DNA of 64,000 nucleotides, taken from assembly GCF_006345805.1 (NCBI RefSeq), contig NC_043006.1, positions 105,276,001 through 105,340,000 on the forward strand, given 5' to 3'. Positions 11,184 through 24,329 of this stretch are shown here, piece after piece. Position 1 is the first letter of the stretch, and each line of letters begins with the position of its first letter. The translations under genes were made by a program, and so were the position numbers. The stretch comes from Octopus sinensis (taxonomy: Eukaryota). The notes under the pieces were generated by a model. That model did not search any database and had not been told where the DNA came from. It worked only from the letters and a program-made list of their open reading frames with translations.

Positions 11184-11705
11184 TACTAGCAGCTAAGCCC
11201 GGTTTCACCCGGTCGGTTTGGATGATGTGGCTATAAAACCTGCTCTGTGTAAGCATTCGACTTGTTTGGGCACGCTTACGTTAAAAAACAATTTTAGAAT
11301 GACTTTTTCTGTCCAAACGCTAAAAATATCTGATAAACAAAAAAAAAAAAACAGCCAAGATTTAACCAAATCAAAACATAAACTCAAATACTAAGCGAAC
11401 AAAAATGAACCATCCCATTTCCATTGCTCGCGTGCACATGAATACACACACACACATTCACATACACCCCTTTTACGTACACACACTCATTGAAACACTC
11501 ACCTCTTCCTTTCTCATTCATAAACACAGGAGTATTATTATAATAGATTATCTCAGTAACCATGGGAGCTATGAAAAAATACAAAGCCCATCGCCACCGG
11601 ATCATTCTACACATCTTTGTAATTTTTGGCGCAATTTCATTCAGCTTGTTTGACCGTGAACCCCAAGACAAGAAATAATCGCCCATGTCAAATTTATAGG
11701 TATAT
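11184..11705 (+). mobile_element. Helitron/Helentron-like non-autonomous element inserted in (TA)n
   Basis: Terminus tactagcagctaagcccggtttcacccgg, the same architecture as 16403; subterminal gcgcaatttcattcagc..tttgaccgtgaa; TA repeats on both sides. Confidence 0.55.
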
Positions 11706-11706
11706 A

Positions 11707-11750
<44 letters not shown>

Positions 11751-12069
11751 GAGTTTGTATGATTGTGTCTAGAGGGATATATATTATTCAAAGGAATTCC
11801 AACACTGCTTTTTTATGTTTTATTTATATTCTTTTTAATATTAATGTAGAATATAGAATATATAGTATAAATAGTAAATACAGTAAAATGAAATGAAGTA
11901 TTGATTTTCTTATTGAATAGATGAAATATCGAATATAAAATATTAAGGGACTAGTATACTTTCTTGCATTAAAACAGTCTTCAAGGTCCCAGGTTGTGAT
12001 AGGAGTGTTTCAACTGTACACACACACATACACACACACACATACACACATACAGATATACGTGTGTGT

Positions 12070-12072
12070 GTA

Positions 12073-12105
<33 letters not shown>

Positions 12106-12257
12106 CAGTAGTAGTCATGGGTCTGTTGTTGTAAAATTGTAATGGAGTTTCAAATTTCCGAAGCAATAGATACTATGCTCGAGGTCGTGGGTGATTGATG
12201 TTATGAAGACAGGAGCGGGCGTGGTGGCAGCATTGCCGGTAGTGGTTGTTGCTGTTG

Positions 12258-12318
<61 letters not shown>

Positions 12319-12450
12319 CAGTAGTGGTGGTGGTGGTGTGGTGGTGGTGGTGGTGGTGGTGTGGTTGGTGGTGGTGGGGTGGTGGTGGTGTGGTGGTGGT
12401 GGTGGTGGTGGTGGTGGTGGTGGTGTTGAAGGTGGTGGTGGATTTGGTTG
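12070..12450. repeat. (GTA)n/(GTG)n trinucleotide low-complexity tracts
   Basis: Direct tandem repeats; source of the poly-V/S/G/P ORFs. Confidence 0.95.
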
Positions 12451-13144
12451 TGGCAACGAAAGCGGCATGACTTATGATTACTTTGAAAATCTATCACTAA
12501 TTGATTTGGCAAAGAAAAACCAGAAATTAATCAATATTTGTTTTTAAGATGAAAACTTTTGTCGATAATCGCTGTGCGAAAGTAAGGAAATAAGGTTGTG
12601 CACGGAACTCTAAGAAAGTGCATTAAGCTGCAACAAAATGTACAATAGTGCAACATAGTGATTAGCTGATCCGCGAGCTGCAGTCGGAGGATTTCGTTAA
12701 ACAACCGCGAAAAATATACAACAAAAAACAGGAAAAAGAACAAAACAAAACAAAACTCGAAACTGACCAGGGGAGATAACTTAGATTACGGTTGTGGTGT
12801 TGGTACATCTCGTTTGTATACAATTCTGAAGCCATTTTGATGGTGTTAATTTGACATCAGTATTAAAAGCTATTAAACCGCCCAATTATTCAGTGCCACC
12901 ACTGACTGCAGCGATATGTATGTATGTATGTGCGTGTATATGTTTGTGTGTGTTTATGTCCCCGTAACTTAGCAGTTCAGCAAAAGAGACCGATAGAATA
13001 AGTACTAGTCTAACAAAGAATAAGCCCTGGGATCGATTTGCTCGACTAAAAGGTTGTGCTGCAGCATGACCGTAGTCAAATGACTGAAACAAATAAAAGA
13101 GTACAAGAGTAATATGTTTAAGCGGAGTTTTGCTTTAAAACTCT

Positions 13145-14180
13145 TTCTCTTCTTTTCAGATGTGAACTGGACCCCTGTGTTATGGATACAACATCAAACA
13201 GAAGGACCTCGATATTTCTGTTACGTCTGTGGATACTTCACTCAACAGGCTCAAAGACGCATCATTAATAACTTTGTCAAGAAGGTGTACCTTGCTTACT
13301 TTAAAGTAGCACCTGGATACCAGAACAAAACCTGCGTTGAAACTTGGTGCGATGAAGCAATTCATCAGAGCTCTTGATCACTATGGAGACTGCTTCACAT
13401 ATATATGTACAACCTTTCCAAGTCTTAGTGACAAGAAAAAGGCAGAAATAAGAACAATCGTCAGGAATCCACATTTTGTTACAGCAATGAGTGTGACGGA
13501 GGTTAGAGCTTGGAATGCCTTCTCCGATGTGGTGCGGAATTTCCTTGGGAACAGGAAAGCTGACAACTATGAAGAGATTGTAGAGGAACTGCTCTTGAGT
13601 TTGCAAGCACTTGGATGTAGAACGAGCATTGAATTACACTCGTCATAGAGTCACTTGGGTGAGTTTGCAGAGAACCTGAGTGATGTTAGTGAAGAACAAG
13701 GTGAATGCTTTCATCAAGACGCAAAATTATTGGAAGAGCGCCACTAAGGCCCATGGGGCTCAAAAGTAATGGCAGATTACAGCTGGAGCTTGATAAGAGA
13801 CATTCCAGAACCTGTGCCCAATAGATCGTCAGATAATAGGAAGTTCTTGCAGTAATAAGATAATTAGAATTAATGACCGCAATGAACAGAGATTTTGTAG
13901 TCATATTTTGTTATTGCTAAGCTTAATTCTTACAGGTTAATGTGCACTTATTCCCACAACTTTGTCTTTCGTTAATTAGATTAAAAAATACATATTGTCT
14001 ATTAAAAATTGCGTCTACTTATGTTTAATTCTTCATTTATGAGCATTAAATAGCTGTTTCTAGCAAAACTAAAAGATTTTATATCTCAAAAATCTGCTGT
14101 GATAGACAAAATCTGATGCAAGATTTGGATTCAGCACTCCAAAATTAGCTAAACCATTGATAAATCTCGTGCCAGAAAAT
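13145..14180 (+). mobile_element. Internally deleted Chapaev-like (CMC superfamily) DNA transposon
   Basis: FCYVCG...KKVYLAYF is fused directly to KLGAMKQFIRAL...AWNAFSDVVRNFLGNRKADNYEEIVEELL...SHL..FAENLSDVSEEQGE.FHQD...MADY.WSLIRD. Subterminal caaaatctgatgcaagatttggattcagcactccaaaattag. Confidence 0.7.
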
Positions 14181-14259
14181 AGGCGTTGACCAGAGAATTG
14201 CTAAGCTATGGAGCATCAAAAGTCCGTCGCCGGGGTCACAAATGCACACACGCACGCGA

Positions 14260-14311
<52 letters not shown>

Positions 14312-14319
14312 ATTTATAT

Positions 14320-14625
14320 TTTATTAGTTTTAGTCATTAGACTGTTGCCATGCTGGGGCACCGCCCTGGATAAAGTGTTAGTTGAATGAATCGATCCCAG
14401 TACTTATTCCGCCAAACCAGAAACGTAAACACACCAGGAGCGGTTGTCAAGCGGTGGTGGGACACACAGACACGCTCGCACGCTACAAGCTTTCTCTTAC
14501 CAAATTTACTCACCAGACATTGATCCACTTCAGCTTTTAGTAGAAGACAATTGTCAGGGGCATTCCGCTGTAGGACTGAACCCGAAACCACGTGGTTGTA
14601 AAGCGAACTTCTTATCCACACAGCC
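14320..14625 (-). mobile_element. SINE family S2 (degenerate)
   Basis: Reverse-complement matches to both S2 halves. Confidence 0.75.
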
Positions 14626-15299
14626 ATTCTTGATATATGCATGCACGTGTGTGTGCGTATATGTGTGTGTGTGTGCGTGTGTGTGTACAACATATATATG
14701 TGCATATATATATATATATATATATAGTATGAAGAAAATAAAAACCACCGGCAATTATTTGTGTTGGCTTACAGCGCTGATCCTTTTATGCTGAATGATA
14801 TTATTACTAATAATATCGTTGTTTTCTGTGTATCATTACTAAATAATAGTTAGATAACATTACTCATAATGCTTTGTTAATATTCTGAGAAATATTATTA
14901 AGTATTAGTAGAACTATTATATGTTATTTCTAGTCATAATTTGTTGATACTCTGAAACTCACATGAATATATCAATTGAGCATTATAAGAAATCGAAGGG
15001 ATCGATATAAAATGCTTATGAAGTGTTTCTACAGTCTATTACCATGAATTGATCTCTCCTTGGCATTTCTTTGAAGCTTCTCGGAGGTTAAAACCTGAAG
15101 TGTTAAGATTTAAATCTATACACCACAATTAAGTTGTCTGAAACCCAAATAATAACAGCATCAAAACGCTTGAAGATTTATTACCAAACTATAGAGAGGC
15201 CTTCCACGTAGCCCCATATATAACAGTATATTTTACCTCAAATCACACACAGTTTCAAAGGAAAAACAAAATAGAAAGATAGATTGTACCATTTATTTT

Positions 15300-15850
15300 T
15301 TTTATATTAGAGAAAGGAGTATTGCGTATGATCCTTGTAGGCCCTCCAATATCAGTATGGTTGATGATGTTAAGTGTAATAGAAAGGAGATTGTCGGAAA
15401 TGGTGACTTTGAAGCAATCGGAGGTATTTCTGAACTTGATGTGTTTGTATGTTTGTATGCACAGTGGTGATCCTACTGGAGAGAAAGGAAGAAAATTTGG
15501 TGGGGGTTTTATCAAGGACATGTTCTGAAGAGTCAGATGCAAAACAGGCAACGAAAGTAGATTTTTCCATGGGGTATTGCTTACGGAGTCATTGTTTCGA
15601 AGAGAGGAAAAGAGGGAAAGACAAAGTTCTTAGCGATCCCTTTGGCAACTGACTGGAAGGATTTGCTGCAGCCAAAGAGGTCTTGGGGCATGAGTGTTGT
15701 GTGATGTACGAAGCTATCCTTTGTTCACCGAACAATGGTCTCACACAGAATTTGTACTGTTTGGGAATATGGGTGAGAATCTGCAGGCGTTGAATTCTTG
15801 ATTGATGTTTATCTGAGCAGCTGTAGACAACTACGAGTAAATCATTGTAT
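15300..15850 (-). mobile_element. Possible heavily decayed LINE RT fragment
   Basis: Only weak resemblance (FSSFLSSR.T.V; Q..RKQ; frameshifted QG/LSP-like segment). Repeat-free and coding-like in composition. Confidence 0.25.
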
Positions 15851-16038
15851 TCCTAAATATGCACAAAGCCAGGGTGGTCACGGCGGATACAAGTTTGATC
15901 CTGTCAGCTCCATCAATGTCGAACTGAGCTTAATCGAATCAAGCACACGTGATCTCAACAAATACAAGTTTCTGTAAGTAACAGTGATAGATAGATAGAT
16001 AGATATAGATAGATAAATAGATAGACAGATAGATAGAC

Positions 16039-16112
<74 letters not shown>

Positions 16113-16113
16113 G

Positions 16114-16199
16114 TTTCTTTATTGGCCACACAGGGCTGCACACAGATTGGACAAGTTACAAGGTAGAGCTTTTCTTTTGGGGGATGAAAAAAACAAAAA
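16114..16199 (-). mobile_element. 3' tip of Tx1/L1-like LINE, cut by assembly gap
   Basis: tttctttattggccacacagggctgcacacagattggacaagttacaagg is the reverse complement of the 44040-44113 tail; abuts (GATA)n. Confidence 0.75.
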
Positions 16200-16299
16200 N
16201 NNNNNNNNNNNNNNNNNNNNNNNNNNNNNNNNNNNNNNNNNNNNNNNNNNNNNNNNNNNNNNNNNNNNNNNNNNNNNNNNNNNNNNNNNNNNNNNNNNN
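16200..16299. other. Assembly gap (100 N)
   Basis: Run of N bases. Confidence 1.
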
Positions 16300-16360
16300 A
16301 TATGAGTGACACCCCCACCACCCTGCTCTGTCCCTAGCCATATTCGGTTGGCTAATACCA

Positions 16361-16402
<42 letters not shown>

Positions 16403-16405
<3 letters not shown>

Positions 16406-17420
16406 TAGCAGAGATACCCGGTGTTGCCCGGTTACATTCAAGTGAAGAATTAAACTTTTCTGTTATATTTTCTGAATGAACTGGAATATCTATGTTTCGA
16501 ATTTCATCAAAATTGCAGATGAGCGTTATTTCCCTCTTTACACACCATAAGAAAATTGTAATCGTACCATATGGAAACCAAAAGACGAATGATCACAATA
16601 AGCAGTCAGTTACCCTACCCTAGTCGTTACCACTTCCAATGTAGGATTATCACCATCCAGGTGACAGGCACAGCCGTAAGATGCATTACGAATCTATAGC
16701 AATTGGAAGGGCGTGACCCAACTGAGATCAACATTAACAACTGTGTGACGTGAGGGCTTTGGAGAAATTAAAGTGTCGCCTCTGGAGTTTGCAAATGACC
16801 ACTATACTGATACTTTGAATAACCAGTCAATCATCTGGGAAGGCCTTGTAATCAATGTTACCATCAGGGGACTATGTGTGACCGAGTGATAATAAAAAGA
16901 CTGAAAGGAGGTCTGCAATCAAATAACTTTACTCAACACTTTGCAACTGAATCAGTGGAGACAAAGATGCCTCTCATTTACTTGACAATTTATGCAGCAC
17001 ATTGCAGAAATCACAACGTAAGTGTATGTCAAAGCAAACTGTTACACTGTTGTACCACTGAATTAGAAATAGTGCCCAACGTTTATGCTCGGGTAACCCT
17101 ACAGCTTCCAAGAGCACAACTGTATTCGTTTTTGCCTAGATTAAATGACAAAATTGTGGGTGTTAAGTCCCCATGGAGGGGTCTTTCTAATTTTGTAAGA
17201 TGAAATTTTATAAATATTACTTCATTTGTGTCTAATATCTATGGTTGAAATTTCATCAACACCAAAAATATATGAATTGTCATGGGGGGTTATGGCCCTT
17301 ATGCTTAGAATATAATTTCCAAATTTCATAAAGATCCATTCAGTACTTTTTACCTAGTTTTGGATCATAAAAGAAATGACTAAAATTTGGGAGTTAAGGC
17401 TCCCATTAGGGTGTTATTAT
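16403..17420 (+). mobile_element. Helitron/Helentron-like non-autonomous element in (TA)n
   Basis: Begins tactagcagagatacccggtgttgcccgg; contains aatttcatcaaaatt / aaatttcataaagatccattcag motifs; ends ttattatatata. Weak helicase-like residue (LCDRVIIKRL; QLYSFLPR). Confidence 0.55.
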
Positions 17421-17444
17421 ATATATATATATATATATATTATA

Positions 17445-17487
<43 letters not shown>

Positions 17488-17513
17488 AGAGAGGAGAAAG
17501 AGAGAGGAGAGAG

Positions 17514-17552
<39 letters not shown>

Positions 17553-17594
17553 AAGATAGACAGATAAATAGAGAGATAGATAGATAGATAGGGT

Positions 17595-17645
<51 letters not shown>

Positions 17646-18539
17646 TAGAGATACCACACACACACACACAAAGATATAATTGATAGATACAACTGAGTGG
17701 GCAAACAAAAATATGAGACACAGCCTAGTGGCTTTTTTATGTTGATAAGACTTGTACTTTTCTATTAGTTTGTTCTGTGTGAAACCAGTAAGTTTTGTGG
17801 ATGTGAATAAATAACAGCAGTTGTGAAGCAGTGATGAGGGCGAAACACAGACAACAACACACACACAACACTTACATATATACATATATATACGATTGAT
17901 TTGTTTCATTCCTGTCTACGAAATCCATATATATTGTTGTTGGCATCCTTTTTGGGAAACACACAGACAGACAGACAGACAGACACACATTCTCAGTTTT
18001 ATATATATATAGATATAGATATTATATTTTATCTTTTATTCGTCTCAGTCCTTAGAGGGCTGCTATACTGGGGATCCGTGCTGAAGAATTTTTTTGTCGA
18101 ATGAATCGACACCAGTGCTTATCTCTTTCTAAACCTTGGTATCTATTGTCCCGATCACTTTGGGACCAATACGCAGACACAAAACACTCCTCATAATCAT
18201 ATTATTATTTAAACAGTTTGATTCCGCTCCATGTGACTTAAACTTTTGTAGCCAACTTGCAGAAACTTAGCTCAATGAGGCTCACTTTGCTGTATTTTGT
18301 TTTAAATAGTAATAACAACAAAAACAACATGAACCTAAATAGTATGTGTGTGTGTGTGCGTGTGTGTGTGTGTACGACGGGCTTCTTTTAACTTCAGCCT
18401 ACTAAATCCACTCACATGGCATTGATCGGCCCGTGGATGCAGTGGAAAATACTTGCCATATGTGCTACGCAGTGGGACAGAACCCGGAACTATGTGGTTG
18501 CAAAACAAATTTTTTACCACACAGCCACATATATAATAT

Positions 18540-18606
18540 AATATATACGTATGTTTATGTGCATGTATGCATGTATGTATGTATGTATGTATGTATATAC
18601 ATACAC

Positions 18607-18641
<35 letters not shown>

Positions 18642-18851
18642 TGTATGCATGTATGTATATACATACATATATATATATATGTATGTATGTATATACATAC
18701 ATATATATATATGTATGTATGTATGTATATACATACATATATATATATGTATGTATGTATGTATGTATATACATACATATATATATGTGTATGTATGTAT
18801 GTATATACATACATATATATATGTGTATGTATGTATGTATATACATACATA

Positions 18852-18887
<36 letters not shown>

Positions 18888-18935
18888 TGTATGTATGTAT
18901 GTATGTATGTATGTATGTATGTATGTATGTATGCG
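18540..18935. repeat. (TATG)n microsatellite with higher-order ~36-40 bp unit
   Basis: Seven recurrences of gtatgtatatacatac at regular spacing. Confidence 0.9.
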
Positions 18936-20016
18936 GCAACACAAAGAGAGTGAAGCAAATATGCACAGCGATGAATCACTGACAGTGATACAACTAGAAT
19001 TAATAATACAGACAGACGTACTTTCCAAAAAACATTAACGTTTTATCTACCAACAAATGTTTCCGTGTGAATTTCTGTACTAAAGCCATTGAAAGCGAAA
19101 CCGAAAGTAAAAGAGTTGTATTCGGTACGAATAGAGAGCAACGACCAGTCACTTGGTTTACTTCTTCGTTTGCTTTGAACGAACGGTTGAATGGGGTGTG
19201 ATGGGGAGTGAGTGTGGAGGTCTTAAAACCAGCGAAGAGATCAGACTTCTGTTGTGAACCTTCGACTCATTAATAAAATGGAACTAGTCAAGCATCTGTC
19301 TGTTCTTTATTCTCTGCTTAATCAAACAATGGGCAATCAATCGATACTGGAAGCGTGAAAGAGAAAACTAAATATTGTCTGTGTAACGTTTAGTATTCAT
19401 GTCATTGGCAATCACTGTTAAAACATCTTTAACGTGGATTAGCTTTTTACCTAGCGTCCATCCCGAGCAGCGGTATCACGCTTCATCGGCAGTTTGTCTG
19501 TATAAATCACTTCGTATAGTCATACATATACACACATATCTCATCATTACCACCACTACTACTATCATTGCTTAAACTATGGTACACAAAGAGATGTACG
19601 GAAACACAAATACACGCACACAAACACACTCACGAACACGCACACATACATGAACACAGAGGCATTTATACTCACATATGTATACGTTATGCATAAATGT
19701 ACACAGAATCTTACAAATATATATGTATGTATGGATGCATGGACGGATGGATGGATGTGCGTATGCGCACATATGATATGCGTTACTGTGTCCTTGTAGA
19801 TTTTGTGTGTGTGTGTGTATGTGTGTGTAATCAACAACATCATGATGGTCTGAATTATCATGTAGTACTAGTGCTAGTATTGTTATTATTATTATTATCA
19901 TTATTATTATTATTATCATTATTATTATTATTATTATTAGTTGTAGTAGTAGTGGTGGTAGCAGCAGCATTTTTATCATTATTTATATTATTATTATTAT
20001 CATTATTATTATGATG

Positions 20017-20103
<87 letters not shown>

Positions 20104-20678
20104 GGTTGTGGTTTTGTGGTGGTTGTGGTGGTGGTGGTTGTAGTAGTAGCTGCCGTTGCTGAGTGATTGCTAACTTTATATTGATAATGTGCAGTCGAGG
20201 CCTATGCAACCATTACACTTCCCAGCTGCAGCCATTTTGCTACAGTCATTTCTCTGCATTTTACGTGAAAACACTTTGAAAAACATGAACGTGTAAACGA
20301 GGTTCATTTGGCTTTGACCAAGAGCATGATGAAGAAGATTTACGTGTATAATCGCAAGTCTGATGAAATGACCGTTGTACAGTGGAAACAGGTTGAGGGC
20401 TTCAATAAATTTGTTTCACATGTTAGAAACTGTAAAGAAATCCCCTTCAGATTACGGATTTTCCATTTTGTGATATGATCTTCAATACACTGGCCCTATG
20501 AATATTATTTTTAATTGGTTTGAATCATTGAACTTCGAGGATATTGGGATACGACCTTGAAGGGTTTAGGCGAACGAATCGATCTCTGCCAATGCGTACT
20601 GAGACCGGTGACTAAGTGGTGGTGCAGGACAAGCACCACCAAAAAGCAGACACACAAACACATAGACCCTCCCTCCCC

Positions 20679-20709
<31 letters not shown>

Positions 20710-21214
20710 TATATACGTACAAACACACACATATATATTCATATATATGTATATACATATATATATATATGCATATATATATATACATATATGTACATAT
20801 ATACATATACATATATGCATATATACATATACATATATGCATATATATATATACATATATATACATATATACATATACATATATATATGTATATATATAC
20901 ATATATACATATACATATATATATGTATATATATACATAATATATATAAATATATATATGCATATATATATATATATATGCATGTATATGCATATATATA
21001 TACATACATATATATATGTATATATATATATATAATATATATGTGTGTGTGTGTGAGAAAGTTGGTGTGTGAAAGCACGTGGTTGAATATATAGAAAATA
21101 GTAAAAAGTGAAAAAACTACAGAAGGCTTGTTTTAAAAGGTTAAAAAATATATTTGAGTCAATATTTCTGAAGAATGTTATAAATTTTTTTCATACAATG
21201 ACATAGCTTTTGAA

Positions 21215-21250
21215 GAAATGACCGGTTTCGCGTTCAGCTTTTCAAATTTC
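21215..21250 (-). ncRNA. Minimal type-I hammerhead-like motif with U3-A8 core variant
   Basis: Minus strand GAAAT-TTGAAAA-GC tgaac GC-GAAA-CCGG-TC-ATTTC: perfect 5-bp stem I, 2-bp stem II, palindromic ACCGGT stem III, GUC site. Confidence 0.7.
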
Positions 21251-21439
21251 TTACATCGTTATGTTTACGTTGAGAAGAGTTCCAGATAAGGGGAGGTAAT
21301 AAGTGATTTCTTCCGGTGTAAGGGAGATAATCACTTAAAATTTCTTGCCTTTCTTTTGGAGTGAATTTCTCTGTATAAGTATGTTGGAATGGTTAAGTTT
21401 GGGCTTATCTGCACGGATAACTGTAACATATATATATAT

Positions 21440-21895
21440 ATACACCTTAGTTAAAAAGTTAAAGCTTAATTCATGGTCTAATTCGTTCCAAGTGGTCGAC
21501 TGATTTAGTTCTATTAATAACAAGAAGTGCACTAAGTTTATCCGGTTTGACATTTCTAGCTTCTCTTCGTCTACCAACCCAATCGTACTTCGCAAGGCAC
21601 TCTGGCTCGCTCACAACAAAGCAGGTCTCACCAGGGATGAAATTAATGTCGTGCTGGCCGCCAGAAAAATCTATTATTAAATTTGATAACAAGCTATGGG
21701 TCCGTAAAGATACACCTGACAGTTTTGATGTCACGATGGGAAGTTCTGATTCAGCACAAATCGCTGATTTGGTCGGTATATATATCCTTCATGAGAAGGC
21801 TGACCAAACATCAATGGAAGTCTATATCGTGATGATTGTCTACTCTACCTTCAAAATGCTTCTAACCAAAAATTACAAAAGGTTAAGTTTGTTTC
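21440..21895 (+). mobile_element. Penelope-like element reverse transcriptase fragment (frameshifted)
   Basis: VKKLKLNSWSNS.QVVD.F...KFIRFDISSF...RKALWLAH...RKSIIKFDNKLWVRKDTPDSFDVTMGSSDSAQIADLVGIYIL...LYRDDCL (YRDD at 21825-21836). Confidence 0.85.
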
Positions 21896-22089
21896 ATCCA
21901 CCATCACCTTGTATCTATCCCAGCATGCGTCGCTTCAGGCGCAGCTGTGACCGTGTGGGTAAGCAGCTTCCTTCACAACCATGTGGTTTGAGGAAGGTTC
22001 AGTCCCATTGCACGGCGCTTTAGACAAGTGTCTTCTACTATAGCGCTGTGTTGACCAAAGCCCAGTGAGTGAACTTGACCGAAACTAAG

Positions 22090-22290
22090 AGAAACCTGTA
22101 TGTTGTGTTCTTGAGCAAGACACTTTAGTTCACGTTGTTCTAGTTCACTCAGCTGTAGAAGTGGGTTGCGACGTCACTGGTGCCAAACTGCATCGGTCTT
22201 TGCCTTTCCCTTCGATAACATCGGCAGCGTGAAAAGGGGATGCTAGGATGCATGGGTGACTGCTGGTCTTCCATAAACAATATTTAGAAA
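22090..22290 (+). mobile_element. SINE central-domain fragment
   Basis: gttgtgttcttgagcaagacacttta...cactcagctgtagaagtgg resembles the conserved central domains of metazoan SINE superfamilies. Confidence 0.5.
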
Positions 22291-22339
22291 TGCTCATTAA
22301 GGGTAACACTGGGCCCATCTTCCAATTATTTTAAAATGT

Positions 22340-22785
22340 GCTCAATATTTAAACATATCGTTTTCAAATTTTGGCACAAGGGTAGCTATTTTAAGGGAGA
22401 AGCTAAGTCGGTCACATAGGCTCCTGTGATAAACTGGTACTTATTTTATCGATTCCGAAATTTTGAAAGACAAAGTCGACCTAAGTCGAATTTGAACTCA
22501 GATCTTAAAGACGGACGAATTACTGCTAAGCATTTCCCCCGGCATTTTCTACCAGATCACCACCTTAATGTTTAGATATAATATCCTCTCTACTAAAAGC
22601 ACAGGACCTGAAAGTTTGGGGGAAGGAGCTAGTGGGTTAGATCGAAGCCCGTGTCTCACTGATACTTAATTTATCGACACCAAAACAATGAAAGGCGAAG
22701 TCAACCTCTGCGAAAACTGAACTCAGAACGTAAAGCTAAGCTTTTTGTCCAGCATGCTAACGATTCTGCCAGCTCATCGCCTTAA
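22340..22785 (-). mobile_element. Two tandem degenerate S1 SINEs
   Basis: Two gaaaggcgaagtcaacct/aaagtcgacct...tgaactcaga...ctaagc...ctgccagctc blocks. Confidence 0.7.
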
Positions 22786-23497
22786 TATTTATATATAATA
22801 TCAACAAACAGATATACTAGCTAGGATTATAGAAGAAAATATTTCTCCTTTGTAATAACAGTTGCTAATTTAAGCATAAGCCTTAAGGAATTTTGTGGGT
22901 AACGGGTTAATCGATCCCGTCAACCAAACACTTGCCTGGAACATTCAAAGTGCCTCTGCAAAATTAAATTCAATGAGATTTGAACTCATAAACAATTTTG
23001 CCAATCCACCATCTTTTAATCCAGCCTTTTAATATCCGTTGCGAATTGCGGCACAAAGCCAGCAATGTTTTTTAGCATAGTGAGTTACTAACATCGGCAT
23101 CAGTAATTGACTGTACTTTATGGAGCCAGAATCGATAAAAGACAAAGTTGACTGTAGTACAATTGCGCGTAGGAAGTAAAGAACTGGAAAAAATATCGCA
23201 AAAGCATTTAATCTAACGATTCTGTCAGCTCGCTGCCTTTGTAGAACTTAATAATAGAAAACCCGAAAAAACGTGGGATACGACACAAGCGTGAATCGCA
23301 TCAGATATTTATGAAGCGTGAGTATTGGTGATGAGCGCGAATATTGGTGCTGACGTGTCATCGTATAGCACCACACTATTGACAGCTGGCATCAAAATCT
23401 AAGACTGCCAAATGAACAATTCCACCATGCACTTGCACAAGTGTGTCTCCATATTTCTTCGCCATGATGCAATGCGTACAATGTCACCTCTCCCCCT

Positions 23498-23528
<31 letters not shown>

Positions 23529-23670
23529 GTATATATATATATATATATAAATCCAAACACGTTTTTGTTTTTCTATTTTCTTTACTCGTTCCTTTCTGTA
23601 GAAGAGCCTTCCTTTGCTGTATTTTCATACACTTTAAACCACACACACGTATGTATGTATGTATGTATAT

Positions 23671-23739
<69 letters not shown>

Positions 23740-23787
23740 CCAAACACGTTTTCGTTTTTGTATATATATATATATATATAGATATAT

Positions 23788-23825
<38 letters not shown>

Positions 23826-23848
23826 GATATAGATAGATAGATAGATAT

Positions 23849-23968
<120 letters not shown>

Positions 23969-24010
23969 TTATAGATATAGATATATATACATACATATAT
24001 ACACATGTGT

Positions 24011-24316
24011 GGAGGCGCAATGGCCCAGTGGTTAGGGCAGCGGACTCGCGGTCGGAATATCGCGGTTTCGATTCCCAGACCGGGCGTTGTGAGTGTTTAT
24101 TGAGCGAAAACACCTAAAAGCACCACGATCTCCGGCAGGGGGTGGTGGCGATCCCTGATGTACTCTTTCGCCACAACTTTCTCTCACTCTTTCTTCTGTT
24201 GGCCTGCTCGCTTAGCCAGCGGGGGGGGGGGTGTCATTTGAAGGCTAAGACAATGTGAAGCGCATTGTGACCAGCGATGTGTAACAACATCTGATAGCCT
24301 GGTCGGTCACAGTGAT
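24011..24316 (+). mobile_element. tRNA-derived SINE family S3 (full length)
   Basis: ggaggcgcaatggcccagtggttagggcagcggactcgcggtc...gtttcgattccc head; tail gcattgtgaccagcgatgtg..caacatctgatagcctggtcggt. Confidence 0.85.
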
Positions 24317-24329
24317 ATACATATGTAGT

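Noticed and set aside
20277-20490. About 70-codon stop-free plus-strand frame (KHFEKHERVNEVHLALTKSMMKKIYVYNRKS...)
   Set aside because: No usable splice acceptor in frame, an in-frame TGA immediately upstream, and no recognisable homology. Cannot be supported as an exon.
23545-23760. Local 35-bp duplication aaatccaaacacgtttt
   Set aside because: Most simply slippage within flanking (TA)n; no independent significance.
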